Below, one piece after another: positions 10,701-24,309 of a stretch of DNA of 53,583 bases; the first letter of the stretch is position 1; the number at the start of each line of letters is the position of its first letter. The position numbers were made by a program, and so were the translations under genes. This DNA comes from Octopus bimaculoides (lineage: Eukaryota): assembly GCF_001194135.2 (NCBI RefSeq), contig NC_068982.1, forward strand, positions 141,246,717-141,300,299. Direction: 5' to 3'. Under the pieces are notes generated by a model. The model saw only the letters and a list, made by a program, of their open reading frames with translations. It was not told the DNA's origin and did no database searches.

Positions 10701-12377
10701 TAAATCGACTCAATTATTTCAATATAAGTCAGTTCCATACACACATATATACACTTATAAGTACATATCCGGAAAGACACACACACACATGCACATACAT
10801 ACACACATATGTATAGACGAATGTATGTATATCAACATTATGAGATTGTTCATTCGTTGTGTTGCACCAAATTGACATATACCACATTGGTGTGAACAAA
10901 AGAATTATCTGCACGTGTTACAGCCATCCTTATACGCTACTAGTAATTGTATGGAACTTTTAAAAACTTGGTTCGTTGTCTATGACCCACAGAGGATGAA
11001 GGATAACATCGACCAATTAACAGGCTTACTTGAAAACTACAGTTCATAAGTCATTACTCAGTATATAATTAATGATACAAAACACAATATTGAACACTAG
11101 TATATTTAACTGATGAACTATATAAAGCTGGTATCGCCAAAGATTTTAGTTATTGTATAGATGAAGAGTAACAATTTAGAACACAAGAACAGAATGTATT
11201 GATGTCTAATTAATAAAGTGTGGAAGAGTGTATATTGGTCAGCTAGATGTTATCAGTCATTAATATTATAGTAATATACTAGCTATAACTAATGACAGCA
11301 AAAGTCAATTATAATGTGAAATAGTCTCTCTGGTATTATAAATAGCATTCCATAATTAAAAAGGTCATTAACACATCTTAACTCCTGTTGATTTTATCTC
11401 AAATATTTTTTCCATTCTTCTAAAATGAGCTATGTGCTACAACTTCATAAGAATAGATCCGTTTGCTTAAAATATACAGACAATAAATCATTTCTAAACA
11501 TCATATTTGTTGTACTTGAAATTTGCTAATGAAAGCAATTTATCTTAAAATGTTTGCATTCAAGATAAAAATACCAAAGAATGAAAGAATAGTGTTTTAG
11601 AGGTGAAATCATTTTGTTCTACCTATGTCAATTGTTATATGTATATACACGTGTGTAATGTAAAGTATGTACGTTTGTTTTACGTGATATGAATTATTAA
11701 GTAATGGCTGTCTCTCGATCTGAGCAAGAAGATTCCGTCAGTTCTTGCTACACGAATGATTTGTACATTGTGATCAAAGGTGTATGTTGCATATCAGCTC
11801 ACACCCTTAATGAAATCAACATTACCTGTGTTCGGTTTGCCATATGTCTGATGGGGAAGCGACCGCAGGCTAAGGTGAAATGAAGTATATTGCTCAAGAA
11901 CACAAAACACCCTAACTACTATACACATACCTAAATGAATATATATATATATATATANNNNNNNNNNNNNNNNNNNNNNNNNNNNNNNNNNNNNNNNNNN
12001 NNNNNNNNNNNNNNNNNNNNNNNNNNNNNNNNNNNNNNNNNNNNNNNNNNNNNNNNNNNNNNNNNNNNNNNNNNNNNNNNNNNNNNNNNNNNNNNNNNNN
12101 NNNNNNNNNNNNNNNNNNNNNNNNNNNNNNNNNNNNNNNNNNNNNNNNNNNNNNNNNNNNNNNNNNNNNNNNNNNNNNNNNNNNNNNNNNNNNNNNNNNN
12201 NNNNNNNNNNNNNNNNNNNNNNNNNNNNNNNNNNNNNNNNNNNNNNNNNNNNNNNNNNNNNNNNNNNNNNNNNNNNNNNNNNNNNNNNNNNNNNNNNNNN
12301 NNNNNNNNNNNNNNNNNNNNNNNNNNNNNNNNNNNNNNNNNNNNNNNNNNNNNNNTATATATATATATATATATATG

Positions 12378-12468
12378 GAAAAGCGTAGGCTCGAAACTTT
12401 TTCACTTCCTGAGTGTTATGCTAATACATCTGTTTGTTTTCTACCCCACTTGCCTTCGTCTTTTGCTT
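12378..12468 (-). repeat. Short interspersed repeat fragment (family shared with 103-200; possibly Penelope-LTR-like)
   Basis: Reverse complement AAAAGACGAAGGC..AACAAACAGATGTATTAG..GGAAGTGAAAAAGTTTCGAGCCTACGC; colinear with 103-200. Confidence 0.5.
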
Positions 12469-12599
12469 TTTTTTTTTGTGAATTCTCCCTATATATACAT
12501 GAAGATATACACAAATGTACATATTACGTATATGTGAATATATATATAATATAGATAACTGAGATAACTGAGAAAGGTTTCGACCAAATATTTGTCCAG

Positions 12600-13400
12600 G
12601 CCATGTCTAACTTAATATCACCAACTGATAGGATTAGCTAAATCCTTTTTAAGTCAAGTTTTCTGGTATCATGGCCTGTCTAGTAGGGAGTTCTTGTTGA
12701 GTGAATTGTATTTAGGAATGAGTGGCTTACCTGGTATTCCTTAAAGAAATTTGTCCAGATTCCGTTTAAATGTCTTAGGTTCCTTTCTCTCTTTGATATG
12801 TTTCGGGACAATGTTAAATAGTGCAGGGCTTGTTGGTACAAAAAATTTGTGTTACAGTGTATTCATGTGCTGTGGTCTCGAATTGGGTACGGGACGTATG
12901 GCCCCTGATCCTAGCCTTGGACGATTTTTTAAGCTAATGATGAGGTCATTTGGGTAATGCTGCTGGTATGTATTGCACAACGCGCAAAAGATGTATCGCT
13001 CACGGCGGCGCTGAAGAAAATAGACTTTTAAAGTTTTAAGGCGGTCCCAATAACCGTAATCAGTCATACCCTTAATTCTTTTAGTGAATGACATCTGGAT
13101 TTATTCTGTTTTCAATTTTTTTTTTTTTATGGATTGTCCACAGGGGGCAGCAGTATTCGAGGTGCGGCCGAACAAAAGATGAGGAAAAAGGGATGTTGCC
13201 ATCTTGTTCTCTGTACCAGCAGGTTCATAGGGTCCATGCGATCATCCTAGCTATATCGACCTTAGTCTTGACGTGGGTACTCCATCTGGTGCTAAACGAT
13301 ACATGGTTGAGCATAAATACGAAGGTATTTTGCAAACAGTGTATTGTGTTATTCATAACTAATAAAGCTTTGGGTTGCTATAAAGGTTTCTCATATGTAG
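12600..13400 (-). mobile_element. Non-LTR retrotransposon 3' fragment (CR1/L2/Jockey-group, post-RT C-terminus)
   Basis: Minus-strand SFVRPHLEYCCPLW, SFTKRIKGM..YWDRLKTLKVYFLQRRRERY, PALFNIVPKHIK, FKRNLDKFL..IP are typical LINE ORF2 C-terminal motifs; frameshifted. Confidence 0.85.
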
Positions 13401-13921
13401 GAAAAGGTTAGAAAGTGGATAACTTATTGTTTGTAGCTGAATGTTTCATCGTAAAGGTCGTTGAAATTTACATGTTAAATGTTTCGCTCAAAAGGTAGTT
13501 TACCAAAAATGTGAAAGGGCAATTCATATAAATATCCAAGGCACACACACATACAGAGGTACATACACATAGATGCGCACGCATGTACGCACGTGTGTAT
13601 GAGTGTGTGAGTGTATGTTCCCAATTTGGTAGGATTTATTATTCTAAAAGAAATTTTGGATATGAAATAATATTTCACGGTTCAACAGGTTGGTTTCTAT
13701 CATTAATTTATTTTACATGATGTTAAAAGCAGAAAATGTGCGACATAAATTTCATGCGAAAATGGTTATAATCTGCAGCAAATTAACACAGCTGGAATTA
13801 ATTTATCAACAAATAGACAGAATTTACGTTATACAAACAGGTAAGTTATTGATTTTTATCTAAACTAGTTTCCTACTAGTAGGCATGTTTATGTAGAAGT
13901 ATACAACCATTAGGATTATCT

Positions 13922-13982
13922 AATCACACACACACACACACATACACACACATACACACACACACACACACATACACACACG

Positions 13983-14030
<48 letters not shown>
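13922..14030. repeat. (CA)n(TA)n microsatellite
   Basis: Direct inspection. Confidence 0.95.
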
Positions 14031-16149
14031 AATACAACACAATGTCAATGTTGATTTACTTGACATGCAAGAGGTATTTGAAGTATTTGGTGAGCGTGAC
14101 AAAACACCTTCCAAATACATGCATGTACGTATATATGTACAAAACATATGGTTTTATCGAGGAGTTATACACACACACGTATATATNNNNNNNNNNNNNN
14201 NNNNNNNNNNNNNNNNNNNNNNNNNNNNNNNNNNNNNNNNNNNNNNNNNNNNNNNNNNNNNNNNNNNNNNNNNNNNNNNNNNNNNNNNNNNNNNNNNNNN
14301 NNNNNNNNNNNNNNNNNNNNNNNNNNNNNNNNNNNNNNNNNNNNNNNNNNNNNNNNNNNNNNNNNNNNNNNNNNNNNNNNNNNNNNNNNNNNNNNNNNNN
14401 NNNNNNNNNNNNNNNNNNNNNNNNNNNNNNNNNNNNNNNNNNNNNNNNNNNNNNNNNNNNNNNNNNNNNNNNNNNNNNNNNNNNNNNNNNNNNNNNNNNN
14501 NNNNNNNNNNNNNNNNNNNNNNNNNNNNNNNNNNNNNNNNNNNNNNNNNNNNNNNNNNNNNNNNNNNNNNNNNNNNNNNNNNNNNNNNNNNNNNNNNNNN
14601 NNNNNNNNNNNNNNNNNNNNNNNNNNNNNNNNNNNNNNNNNNNNNNNNNNNNNNNNNNNNNNNNNNNNNNNNNNNNNNNNNNNNNNNNNNNNNNNNNNNN
14701 NNNNNNNNNNNNNNNNNNNNNNNNNNNNNNNNNNNNNNNNNNNNNNNNNNNNNNNNNNNNNNNNNNNNNNNNNNNNNNNNNNNNNNNNNNNNNNNNNNNA
14801 TATATAAAGGGACTGAGAGAATGGCGGAGAGTAAGAGAGTGACAGGGGAGAGATATGGAATGAGATTGATAGATAGATATTTACGTAGATTACAAGAAAT
14901 GAATTAGTAGTGTAATTTAAAAAAAAAAATTTACATTATGAATATTAGATAAATGGCAGTACCTTCGATAAAGCAATACAAAATACAACATGCATATATT
15001 AACTGAATATATGTAATTTGCTTCAAAATCTACCGAAAACTTCTACTAATATAATACCAAAATCGCATGTATAAAGCCTCTAAAGTGCATATGTAAAATT
15101 GAAATATATACATGTTTTATTTGAATTTCATATGTTCTTATGAATTTTGAAATCAATTTGGCAGAATTTGACAAACATAGATTATATCATTATAGTTTAG
15201 AAATGTGGAACATGAAACGTACATCAACAATTTTTTTTCATACACCTCGGGCAAAATTTAAAATCAAATAGTATTTTTTTTATGCAAATAATATTTCATT
15301 CATTATAACATTAAAACTTGAAATACATTAACATGTGTAAACTTCCTCTTCTTAGGAAAATTTCATTTTATATATTTAATTCAAGTTAGTAATAATCTGA
15401 AAGGTAACAGAATATATAATTTGCTGAGATCTGAAGTTCAAATCTATTGATTTCATTATATAGATTTTGTGTAGGGATACTTTTATATTTACTACGTCTA
15501 GCTTCCAATCTCTTGATCATTTGGTTAAATAATTAGATGTTATTATTGTATCTTTAATTCCATTGCGTTATCTACCACACACAAATCACTACTCGGAGTT
15601 ATGCAGTAAGTTGCACCATTCGAATGAATGTTTGCTCCTTCTTCAGGTGTCTTTCATTCCTGCAGAATGCTAGGATATACTTTCTCACATACGTCCCCTA
15701 ACGCTACTGTTTGCAAAAAAAAAGTAGGTAGACGTTTCTATTGTACTTTTATTTATACATTTCTGAGAGCTAAAACATATCTTACGACATTTATTACAAA
15801 GACATATTAAACACAATTTTCCGATTTGATTGTATTTTAATCTTAGCCAACAATACTCTGTTCTGTTTCCATTCATGGATTAATTGTATTTACACATCCT
15901 AGGTAGCCGTGGAATCTTCATGGAGAAAAGCAATAATATCTCATATTGATGATACTTCGCATATTGCAATGTTTCGTGTGGTGTATAATGTGTAATATTC
16001 AGAAATAATTTGCTCACTAATTATTCTATATGATTTTTTTTTGTGGATATCGGAGTTGGACAAATACAGATTTTCTCAAAGCATCCATTGAAGCACCGAC
16101 TCTAAATTTACAAATGCAATTTAAAGTTTCATTTCTCATTTGAAAAATT

Positions 16150-17010
16150 ACAAATGTTCTAATAATTGAGATAAACTGTGGTATTTTGTTAAGTAAAATT
16201 CTATGCAATCAATTAGCAATAGATAAGTGTACAATTATGAATGTTGTTGTTAAGTTAATTTTAGTTGGTTAAAACAAAGATGATTATGACTAACCAATGA
16301 TGGGCGCTTTTCTAGAATGGTTCCAATCGTCGACAAAACATCCTTGCATAAAATGTTTCGTTTTGATTTAACACTTCAAAATAAACGCTTCATATTCCTC
16401 TAAAGAAAGATCATCAGATTTTTGTGGAGCAGTTGCCATGTGGATAAGGGTTTCCTTCTTTGCATGAGATGTCGATTATTGTCGTGTTCATTGAGTAGGA
16501 TTATAGAGAATCCACTGTTCCTGACGTGTTACTTTTCTATGTGTTATTTCTAATTTGTTATTCTTCTACCGTGGAAAGGCACAGTAGCAAGTTAACTCTT
16601 CAATGGCGAGTAGAGGGTAACGCTTTGACTAAACAGAGAATCAGTCAGAGGATGAAAGTATCACTGACCAAATTGAAACAATTTCCTAATTCCTAAATAT
16701 TTATCTATGGTCGATGAATGACTAGAATACAACTGTTTTATTAATCTTGCTGTAGGTTTCTTTGAAATTTCCTCAACGACAGTTTGAGAGCTCAATCTTG
16801 ATATTGGTGTTACACGTTGTGGGAAATCTGTGATAGAAAAAAACTTCTAGGAGCGACACTGATACAACAACTTTTGTCATGTATGTCCTCACAGGCGAGG
16901 AATCATTTCCATAGTTATAACATGGAGTTCGTATAGTTTTGCAACTGAAACGACCTCGAAACCACAAGAGTTAAGAGAAACGGAGAGAGACAGAAACAAG
17001 GAAAATGCCC
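16150..17010 (-). mobile_element. Old mariner transposase fossil
   Basis: Ordered minus-strand fragments CYNYGNDSSPVRT (~VYGEDALSVRT), VVEEISK..SHSSTIDKYL..FGQ*YFHPLTD (~WVPH.LT), VTRQEQWILYN (~VTGDEKWILYN), FEVLNQNET..FCRRLE, LEKRPSLV. Confidence 0.6.
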
Positions 17011-18603
17011 CTAGTATTTGAATACTATACAAATATGTTTTTAAAAAGACTTTCCATTTAAATTTGCCAACATTTAATTATTCCAAAATTTGTCATCCAT
17101 ACCTACAGTTGAAAAGATCACAAGGATCGAAACCGGTAACCGGTACTGAAATGTTTTTTATAANNNNNNNNNNNNNNNNNNNNNNNNNNNNNNNNNNNNN
17201 NNNNNNNNNNNNNNNNNNNNNNNNNNNNNNNNNNNNNNNNNNNNNNNNNNNNNNNNNNNNNNNNNNNNNNNNNNNNNNNNNNNNNNNNNNNNNNNNNNNN
17301 NNNNNNNNNNNNNNNNNNNNNNNNNNNNNNNNNNNNNNNNNNNNNNNNNNNNNNNNNNNNNNATATACACATACATACATACATATATGTATTTATATAT
17401 ATATATGCATGCGTACCCACATGCATGTATTATGCATACATACATGCATAAAAACATTCGTACATCCATCCACACATGCATTAGCCATACAGTCTAAAAC
17501 AGTGTAACGTATGTTTAGGGCAAAAGACTGAATCGCTATTATGCATCAAGCTATTTGGACTGATGCACAAATACGAAGAGTATTAATTATTTGATAGCTG
17601 TGACTTGTTAGCACTCCTAGATGTTAATTTTGGTGATGAGGCTGGAAAATATTCTACCTTGAATTGCTACTCATTAACGAGAAAAAGTAGGTGATACCGA
17701 AAGTGTGAGAGCAGGTGAAAAAAATCTAAGGTAAAGAAATGAAAATGTTTCGAATGTTTGAAATGGAAACAAGAGCACAGTAAAAATTAGCATGAAATCT
17801 GCTGAGCTGAATAACACTTGGCATCCCTAATATCAACGATACTCTTCAACGCAGTTAACTGCTTACCAAAACATCCAGCTGATCTTGAAAAAAGGAGGCA
17901 TGTGTATCATCAAATTTAATCGAACGCTCTGTATACTGTAACCCATCTATTTCATTGTAACTGGTATAAATATCCGAAACTGGAATTTCACGTGTAAAAC
18001 TTACAATCATTGGGTTGGTTAAAGCTTCAAGTACGCTTATTTTCGAGACTAACAGAAATCTTAATAACATCAATCTAATTGTTGCATTTTGCAATATCCC
18101 AAATGTTAATACGAATTAGGAATATTGTTACAGATAACATATCGTCTTTCAAATCATATGTAATATGCATAATCCCGCATTCTCTTGTATATAGGCTTTG
18201 CCATACCAACCCTCAGTATTATAAGAAAATCCTGTTCCATGAAACTTTTTGAAGCAGTATTGTATATTCTCAATGAATTGTTACAAAATCTCAGCGTACG
18301 TAACTGTTTCTATGTCGGGAAAACCTATAGAAATGTGCTTATTGGCATATCATAAAGTACTGCGCCGTAAATATTCAGTTATAGCCACCTAAATCGTAAC
18401 GATAAGGATTTGAATCATACATACATGCATACAAATATATATANNNNNNNNNNNNNNNNNNNNNNNNNNNNNNNNNNNNNNNNNNNNNNNNNNNNNNNNN
18501 NNNNNNNNNNATATATTTACATATATGTATGTGTGTATTTGTATGTGTGCATATAGACACACACACACATATATATAAATGTATATACTATTATATTACA
18601 TAA

Positions 18604-18605
<2 letters not shown>

Positions 18606-18670
<65 letters not shown>

Positions 18671-18685
18671 TGTGTGTATGTGTGT
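18606..18685. repeat. (GT)n microsatellite
   Basis: About 30 uninterrupted GT units plus a degenerate tail. Confidence 0.97.
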
Positions 18686-19399
18686 TAGCAAAACTTTTCA
18701 ATCAGCTAATGACATACTCAGCAGTATTGCCCTACTGTACAGTGGTGACACATTAATGATGTTGCTAATGTCATTTACTTTCTTCACGCCATTTAATTGC
18801 ATTTCAGTTTTAACTAGAATAATTAACCATTATTTAGAGTTAGATGCAATTATTTGTTAATGTTTATAATCGTTGCAAACCTTTTGTCGATTAAGTAACA
18901 GTGTTGACGTTCACTAAGTAACTATTCAATAAGGTAAACGCTACCAGCGACTTAACTTCTCACTTTAATCCTCACAAACTAAAGGGTGCTGCTGTAAAAT
19001 CACACGATTTACACAATGCCTGTCTTTCAGTGATAATTTTAATATCCCAAATAGATATAAGGTATATAAGGCAGCCACATTTCCTGCTAAATACATTCAC
19101 ACAATTTAATGAAACGCGGCGTGAAAATATACAAACGTTGTAGCACGGACATGAACGAAATGCTGGAAGAACATAAATCTGGTTTCAAGCCCGAAGTCAC
19201 CAACACGCGTGGAACACAAATATTAATTCATAATTTAGATCCTGCAATATGCAATTCAAAATTTTAGGTTTAGATGTTGTATCTATAGCATATTTGGAAA
19301 GAGGAGATTGGAAATTTGTGTAAAAGTTTTATATTAATATATCTAAACTCATACTCTTAGCAAAACGGAACGGTGTATCACATTGCAATTAAAACTGAA

Positions 19400-20950
19400 T
19401 GTGGTGCCAAAAGTTTTCAGTGGAAATATATATTACCTCTGCTAAGTTTGTGGCCATTGTTGCTCGGTTGGATACATGTAGATCACCTGGACCTGATGGT
19501 ATTCCAATCGTTATTCTTCAGAAGTCCTCTCCTAAGTTGTCCCCTGTCTCATCTAGGCTCTTCCGAAAGTGTATCTCAGAATTTTGTATTCCTTCTTTAT
19601 GGAAATTCCCAACTGTTTTTCATGTATTTAAGAACTGTGGTGATCGATCTCATCCTCCTAATTATAGACCAAATAGTCTACTACCAATCAGGGGTAAAGT
19701 TTTTGAGTACTTGATTAATGTCTCTCTTGTAAAATATTATGACTGAAATCGTTTATTCTCCAACTCTCAATATGGTGTCTGTGCCGGACGGTCTACTGCT
19801 GATCTCACAGTTATATCCGAGCGTGTTTATCGTGCCTTGGATGTATCTGGTCATGCTATTGCAATTGCTCTTGATATCTGGAAGGTATTTTATAGGGCTT
19901 AGCATGCTGGATTTCTATGCAAGCTCCAATCCTCTGATTTGTCAGGTTTCATGCTGAACATCATCTCCTCTTTCCTTTATGAACATAGGATCAAGGTTGT
20001 TGCTGATGGTCAATCTTCATCTAGTTATTCTATTAATGCTGGGAACCCTCAAGGATCTGTCCTGAGCCCAACTCCGTTACTTCTTTTTATAAATGATCTG
20101 CCTGATCATATCATCTATTAGCTAGTAATCTGATAAGGTTGAGATCGCTGCTAATCTTGAAAAATGATCGATCGTCGATCCATTGTTGAGTGGAGTAGGA
20201 AATTGCTTGCAATATTCTGTCCATCGTAAACTATTTCTTTTTAAAATTAATCGGTTAGACATCCTTTTTTGCCATCAATTTCGATGGATGGTATCGACTT
20301 ACTTCAGAGTCGTTCTCTTCGTCTCCTAGGATTGACTTTCTGTAATGATTTTTCTTGGAGGACTTACATTGAATCTAGTTCCAAATTGGCTGCATTGAAG
20401 GCAGGCTCACTCCTTCCTTCGAAGAGTTACCTCACTCCTAAAACTATTCTGCATTTTTATAAGTCCACCATTCGCCCCAATATTGAGTACTGTTATCACA
20501 TATGCTCCTGCAGATTATTGAACTCTGTTGGACCGCATTGAACACCATATTTGTTATGCTATTGGTCCTGATCTATCTTCTAAATTGGTTTCATTCTGTC
20601 ATCGTCGTCGTGTATTTTCCTTGTCTCTTTTGTATAAGTATTTTCATGAACATTGTTCAGCTGAGCTCCCTTTTCTGATTCTTACTTATCAACGGCCAAC
20701 TAGATACTGTATAGTGTGCAACCTCCTTAGTGTCGTAAAGTATTTTACAGCCTCAGTTTCTTCCCTCGCACCCCTGACCTTTGGAATTCCCTTCCACAAT
20801 ATGGTTTTCCTCTTCAATATGTCCTCCTCTAGTCGTTCAATCTAATATACATTGTCATCTTTGGACTTCTGTTTAGCGTTCATTTTAATCTAGTAGACAT
20901 TACGTTTTCAGTGGTCTCAGGACATTGAAACAAGCGAATGCTTTAAAAAA
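19400..20950 (+). mobile_element. Jockey/CR1-group LINE, 5'-truncated RT region to 3' end, pseudogenised
   Basis: SPGPDGIP, PSLWK..V..VFK, NYRPNSLL..GKVFE, GRSTAD, AIALDIWKVF, GNPQGSVLSP.LLLFINDLP, LRLLGLTF, YKSTIRPNIEYC. The YADD segment appears deleted; ends in an A-rich tail near 20945. Confidence 0.93.
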
Positions 20951-22139
20951 TAAACAATTATATAGGCGTGTGCGTGTGCATGTATTGTATAGTTTTATGC
21001 ATCTGTGTATTCATACATAGCTTTCTCATACACACAAACTCTCCCAGACAGTTTTACCTGCATAATACTGATTCTATTACTCTGAAATAGTCCAATAGTT
21101 CTGTTTTTTTTTTTAAATCGTTTACCAAATATACATTGATGTTCGAATTTCAATTACAGTAAGTTTTTAATTTTTCGATTCAGTTCACATTGCAATCCTA
21201 TATTTCCTTTTATGACAAAGAAACGCACTGAAAATATTTGCATCGATATTGTCGCTTTAAACCGCCGTTTCGTATGAATGATCGACGAAGAATAAAAACA
21301 ATTTAAATGATAGAAATAGTGAGGTCTCCAAATACCCGAGCACCAGCTTCGAGTGTTAATCAGTTTTATAAAGCTTGAGTCTTTCATGCATTTACACAAT
21401 ATCAAATACAACATTGAATTAACACATTTATTTCAACAAATATTCAGACAATGATGTTAGTAATTTATTAACTCTTTCTATCAAAGTTTAGCTCTTTATA
21501 ATTTTTGTTTAGCACAAATATGGTTGTAATATTAGTGGTATTGATCATTGCGCTTCTATATTTTATCTATTCAATATATATAACTTGTGACAAATTGTCA
21601 CATTTGAACTTTTCTTTTTCCAGACAACAATGCAAACGTAAAAAACACAACACATACACATGCTAATATTTATGTATTTTTCTCTGTTTCTTTCACTTTC
21701 TCTCTCTGTCTCTCTTTTATATATGTGTGGCTGACTGTGTATGTGTATATATATGTATATATGTACATATATGTCAATATATGTACACGTATATGCACAT
21801 ATATTTATATACACACGCGTGTTGAGCTCCGTTTACATTGCGAATGGTCATCTTTCAGAACAGAACTGAAACGCTCAAATCACAAAGGTTTGTTAAAACT
21901 TTAGTTTTGTGTAACATTAACAGTATGATATTTAGTCTTACTAAAATTGATAGATTTTTAATAAATTACAGTTCTGTGAACAGAAACTCTCTATTAGATA
22001 AAGTTGCATTTCAGAGACAAGGAATTGCTACACGTTACATAGAAGTGGATTTTGAAAACGAATATGATATGTGTATTTTGTTCGAAATACAGTAGATGTT
22101 GCGACTAAAAGGAACTGATGCGTCAAAGAAACTGACAGA

Positions 22140-22720
22140 ATAAGCAAAGACAAAACAATTTTCTGGGAGCTACTTCATGAAGGAAGACACTGACTGATAT
22201 ATTTCGAATATAATTTAGTTATTGTAATCTAGATACGGTTCAAAAATGGTGACCTCTTTAAACAATTCTCTTGGCGACATCCGTGCCTCAGTCTCGAATG
22301 ATGCAGTATAAAACAATTTTTCTGCTAGTTGGGAATTATAAGAAAATACATTGACATACAATCTTAAAACGTCACTATGACAGATCAGTAAAGTGTTCCC
22401 CATGCCAATAATAAATGCGATGGATAAGAATTGGTGACTGAATTACGTCACTGTATATCTGCCTATGCTTTTAATCAATGAATACGGAGAAGTCAAATTA
22501 TACATGATAAATGTGGGGATTAATAACATTTGCTCTTATAATGAATCAGACTTTGTGAGTCAAGGTTATTCATCATAAGGCGAGAGGGCTATAGATGTCT
22601 TTTTGTGTATTTCTATAATAGCTGTGCGGTGTAAAATGTTCAGCTGAGAACAACTAATACGAAGCATGCGTTGAGTTGATATACAGCGTATCATTGTCTC
22701 TGTTTCCCAAATCATTTTGA
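22140..22720 (+). mobile_element. Very old mariner transposase fossil (tentative)
   Basis: Stop-riddled frame with IRFKNGDL, DQ*SVPH (~DKWVPH), CGD**HLL (~TGDEKWIL) and VFLCIS (~VMLCIW) in mariner order. Confidence 0.25.
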
Positions 22721-24266
22721 TATGTCGATTTTGAAGCTCTGAAATATTTGCGACCTTACTTCATATGTAAATAAAACATCACAACCCTAACCCTAACATC
22801 ACAACATTCACAGCGACCTGTTTGCGAGTTTCTTAAAATCCTGTCATAGTGATAATTATTGCGGATTAAGCCAATAGTATGTGCAGGCACGAAAGGTTTA
22901 TTCAATTACAAAATACCAGACAAGGAATAAGCGAATGAATAACCATCTACATTCTTTCTCCAAGGGCCAAGAATTCGCTACGCTAAGAAATCACTATGAA
23001 GTTGAGCTCAAGAGCCATATATAAAAAATTGTAGCTTTTTTTGTTTTTACCTAATATGAGCGTAGATGCACTACTTCCATGAAAATGAAATGTTAAATAC
23101 TTAGTCATTTCTGATCGTATCTGTAACAAGGGCTTATGCAGCGATACAAATATCACCGCTAGCAATACTACTACCTTCAACAACAACAATACAAACAACA
23201 ACAACATGAAGATAAGTTCAGTCCTAATGTTCTCTTCGAGTTTATTGCAACCTAAGAAAGGAATTGCCGTTAGGATATTATAAAAATGTCATTCAAGTCC
23301 AAGAGTTTTAAACATACTCAACCTTCAATCATATGTGTCTTTCGGCCGACTGTGAGCAAAAATATTATCCTATAGGAGAGTACAAATAGTTTGAAGTGAA
23401 TGCATCTGTATAACCTTAATGAAGAGTTGGAGTAGTGAAAGCATTACACAAGAATTCAAATTTTATATCTTAGATATATATGGTATTTATTGCCACAACA
23501 TAATATTTAGTTGTCTCATTTATATTTTATACACAATAATGTCAGTATTGGCTTAATATTATATGATTCCTGTATTGATAAATGAAAATGCCAGTTACAC
23601 ACTGCAATTAATTGAACAATCTGTTCTATGAATCCACTTGTATGTGACCTTCTTCTTAGCTTACAAATTATTAGGTTAGAAATACCAATTTAGTGAATCG
23701 ATTGACATAAACACCGTGTCTGTGTCTTTTTATTAGTTCGTATACACTAAATATCTTAATAAAGTGTCGCGTGTGCATGCTATTCAAATTTCGCTTTCTT
23801 CAGTTACTGAAAGATCTCGAATGGTGAAACTTTTCTAATCAGAGAAATTGATAGAGTAATGTTGGTCACATTATAATGCAATATTGATCAGAATGTTAGA
23901 TTCATAAAATGCGGAAAACATTCCGAATGGGAATGTAAAGCATTTAATGTAATTGCATTGAGTGTTTTGTCATTAGTCCATATTACTACAAGTTGGGCAT
24001 TTAGTTAATTCAACTGTATATCAGTGATCTCCAACAGAGCATTTTATTTTCAATGCTTGGCATATGGGAGTTCTTTCAGTAAATGTCCGTTGTTTTATGC
24101 TTAACAAATTTGTTTTTACCAACTAAGTACAGCTATTCATCAGCAGATTTCTAACAGCACTTTTTCAAGCGAAACACAATGGAATTCGTAATCATTAATG
24201 AAATACAGTTAAAGGACACGTGACTTGACATTAATTTGAATACCAAAAGACAATTTGAATTCTACG

Positions 24267-24309
24267 TTTCTATTTTAAATTTCTATTTTAAATTTCTATT
24301 TTAAATTTC
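24267..24309. repeat. 13-bp tandem repeat (TTTCTATTTTAAA)x3
   Basis: Three perfect copies. Confidence 0.9.

Noticed and set aside
11723-11749. Hairpin AGCAAGAA-11nt-TTCTTGCT as a Helitron 3' end or terminator
   Set aside because: Only an 8-bp stem with no downstream CTRR; expected by chance.
22215-22445. Minus-strand ORF resembling GPCR TM1-TM2 (GNTLLI..LRLYVNVFSYNSQLAE)
   Set aside because: GN-to-LR spacing is short, no hydrophobic TM2 or TM3 follows, and the opposite strand is better explained as a mariner fossil.
22783-22797. Interstitial telomere (AACCCT)n
   Set aside because: Only about 2.5 units; compatible with chance.
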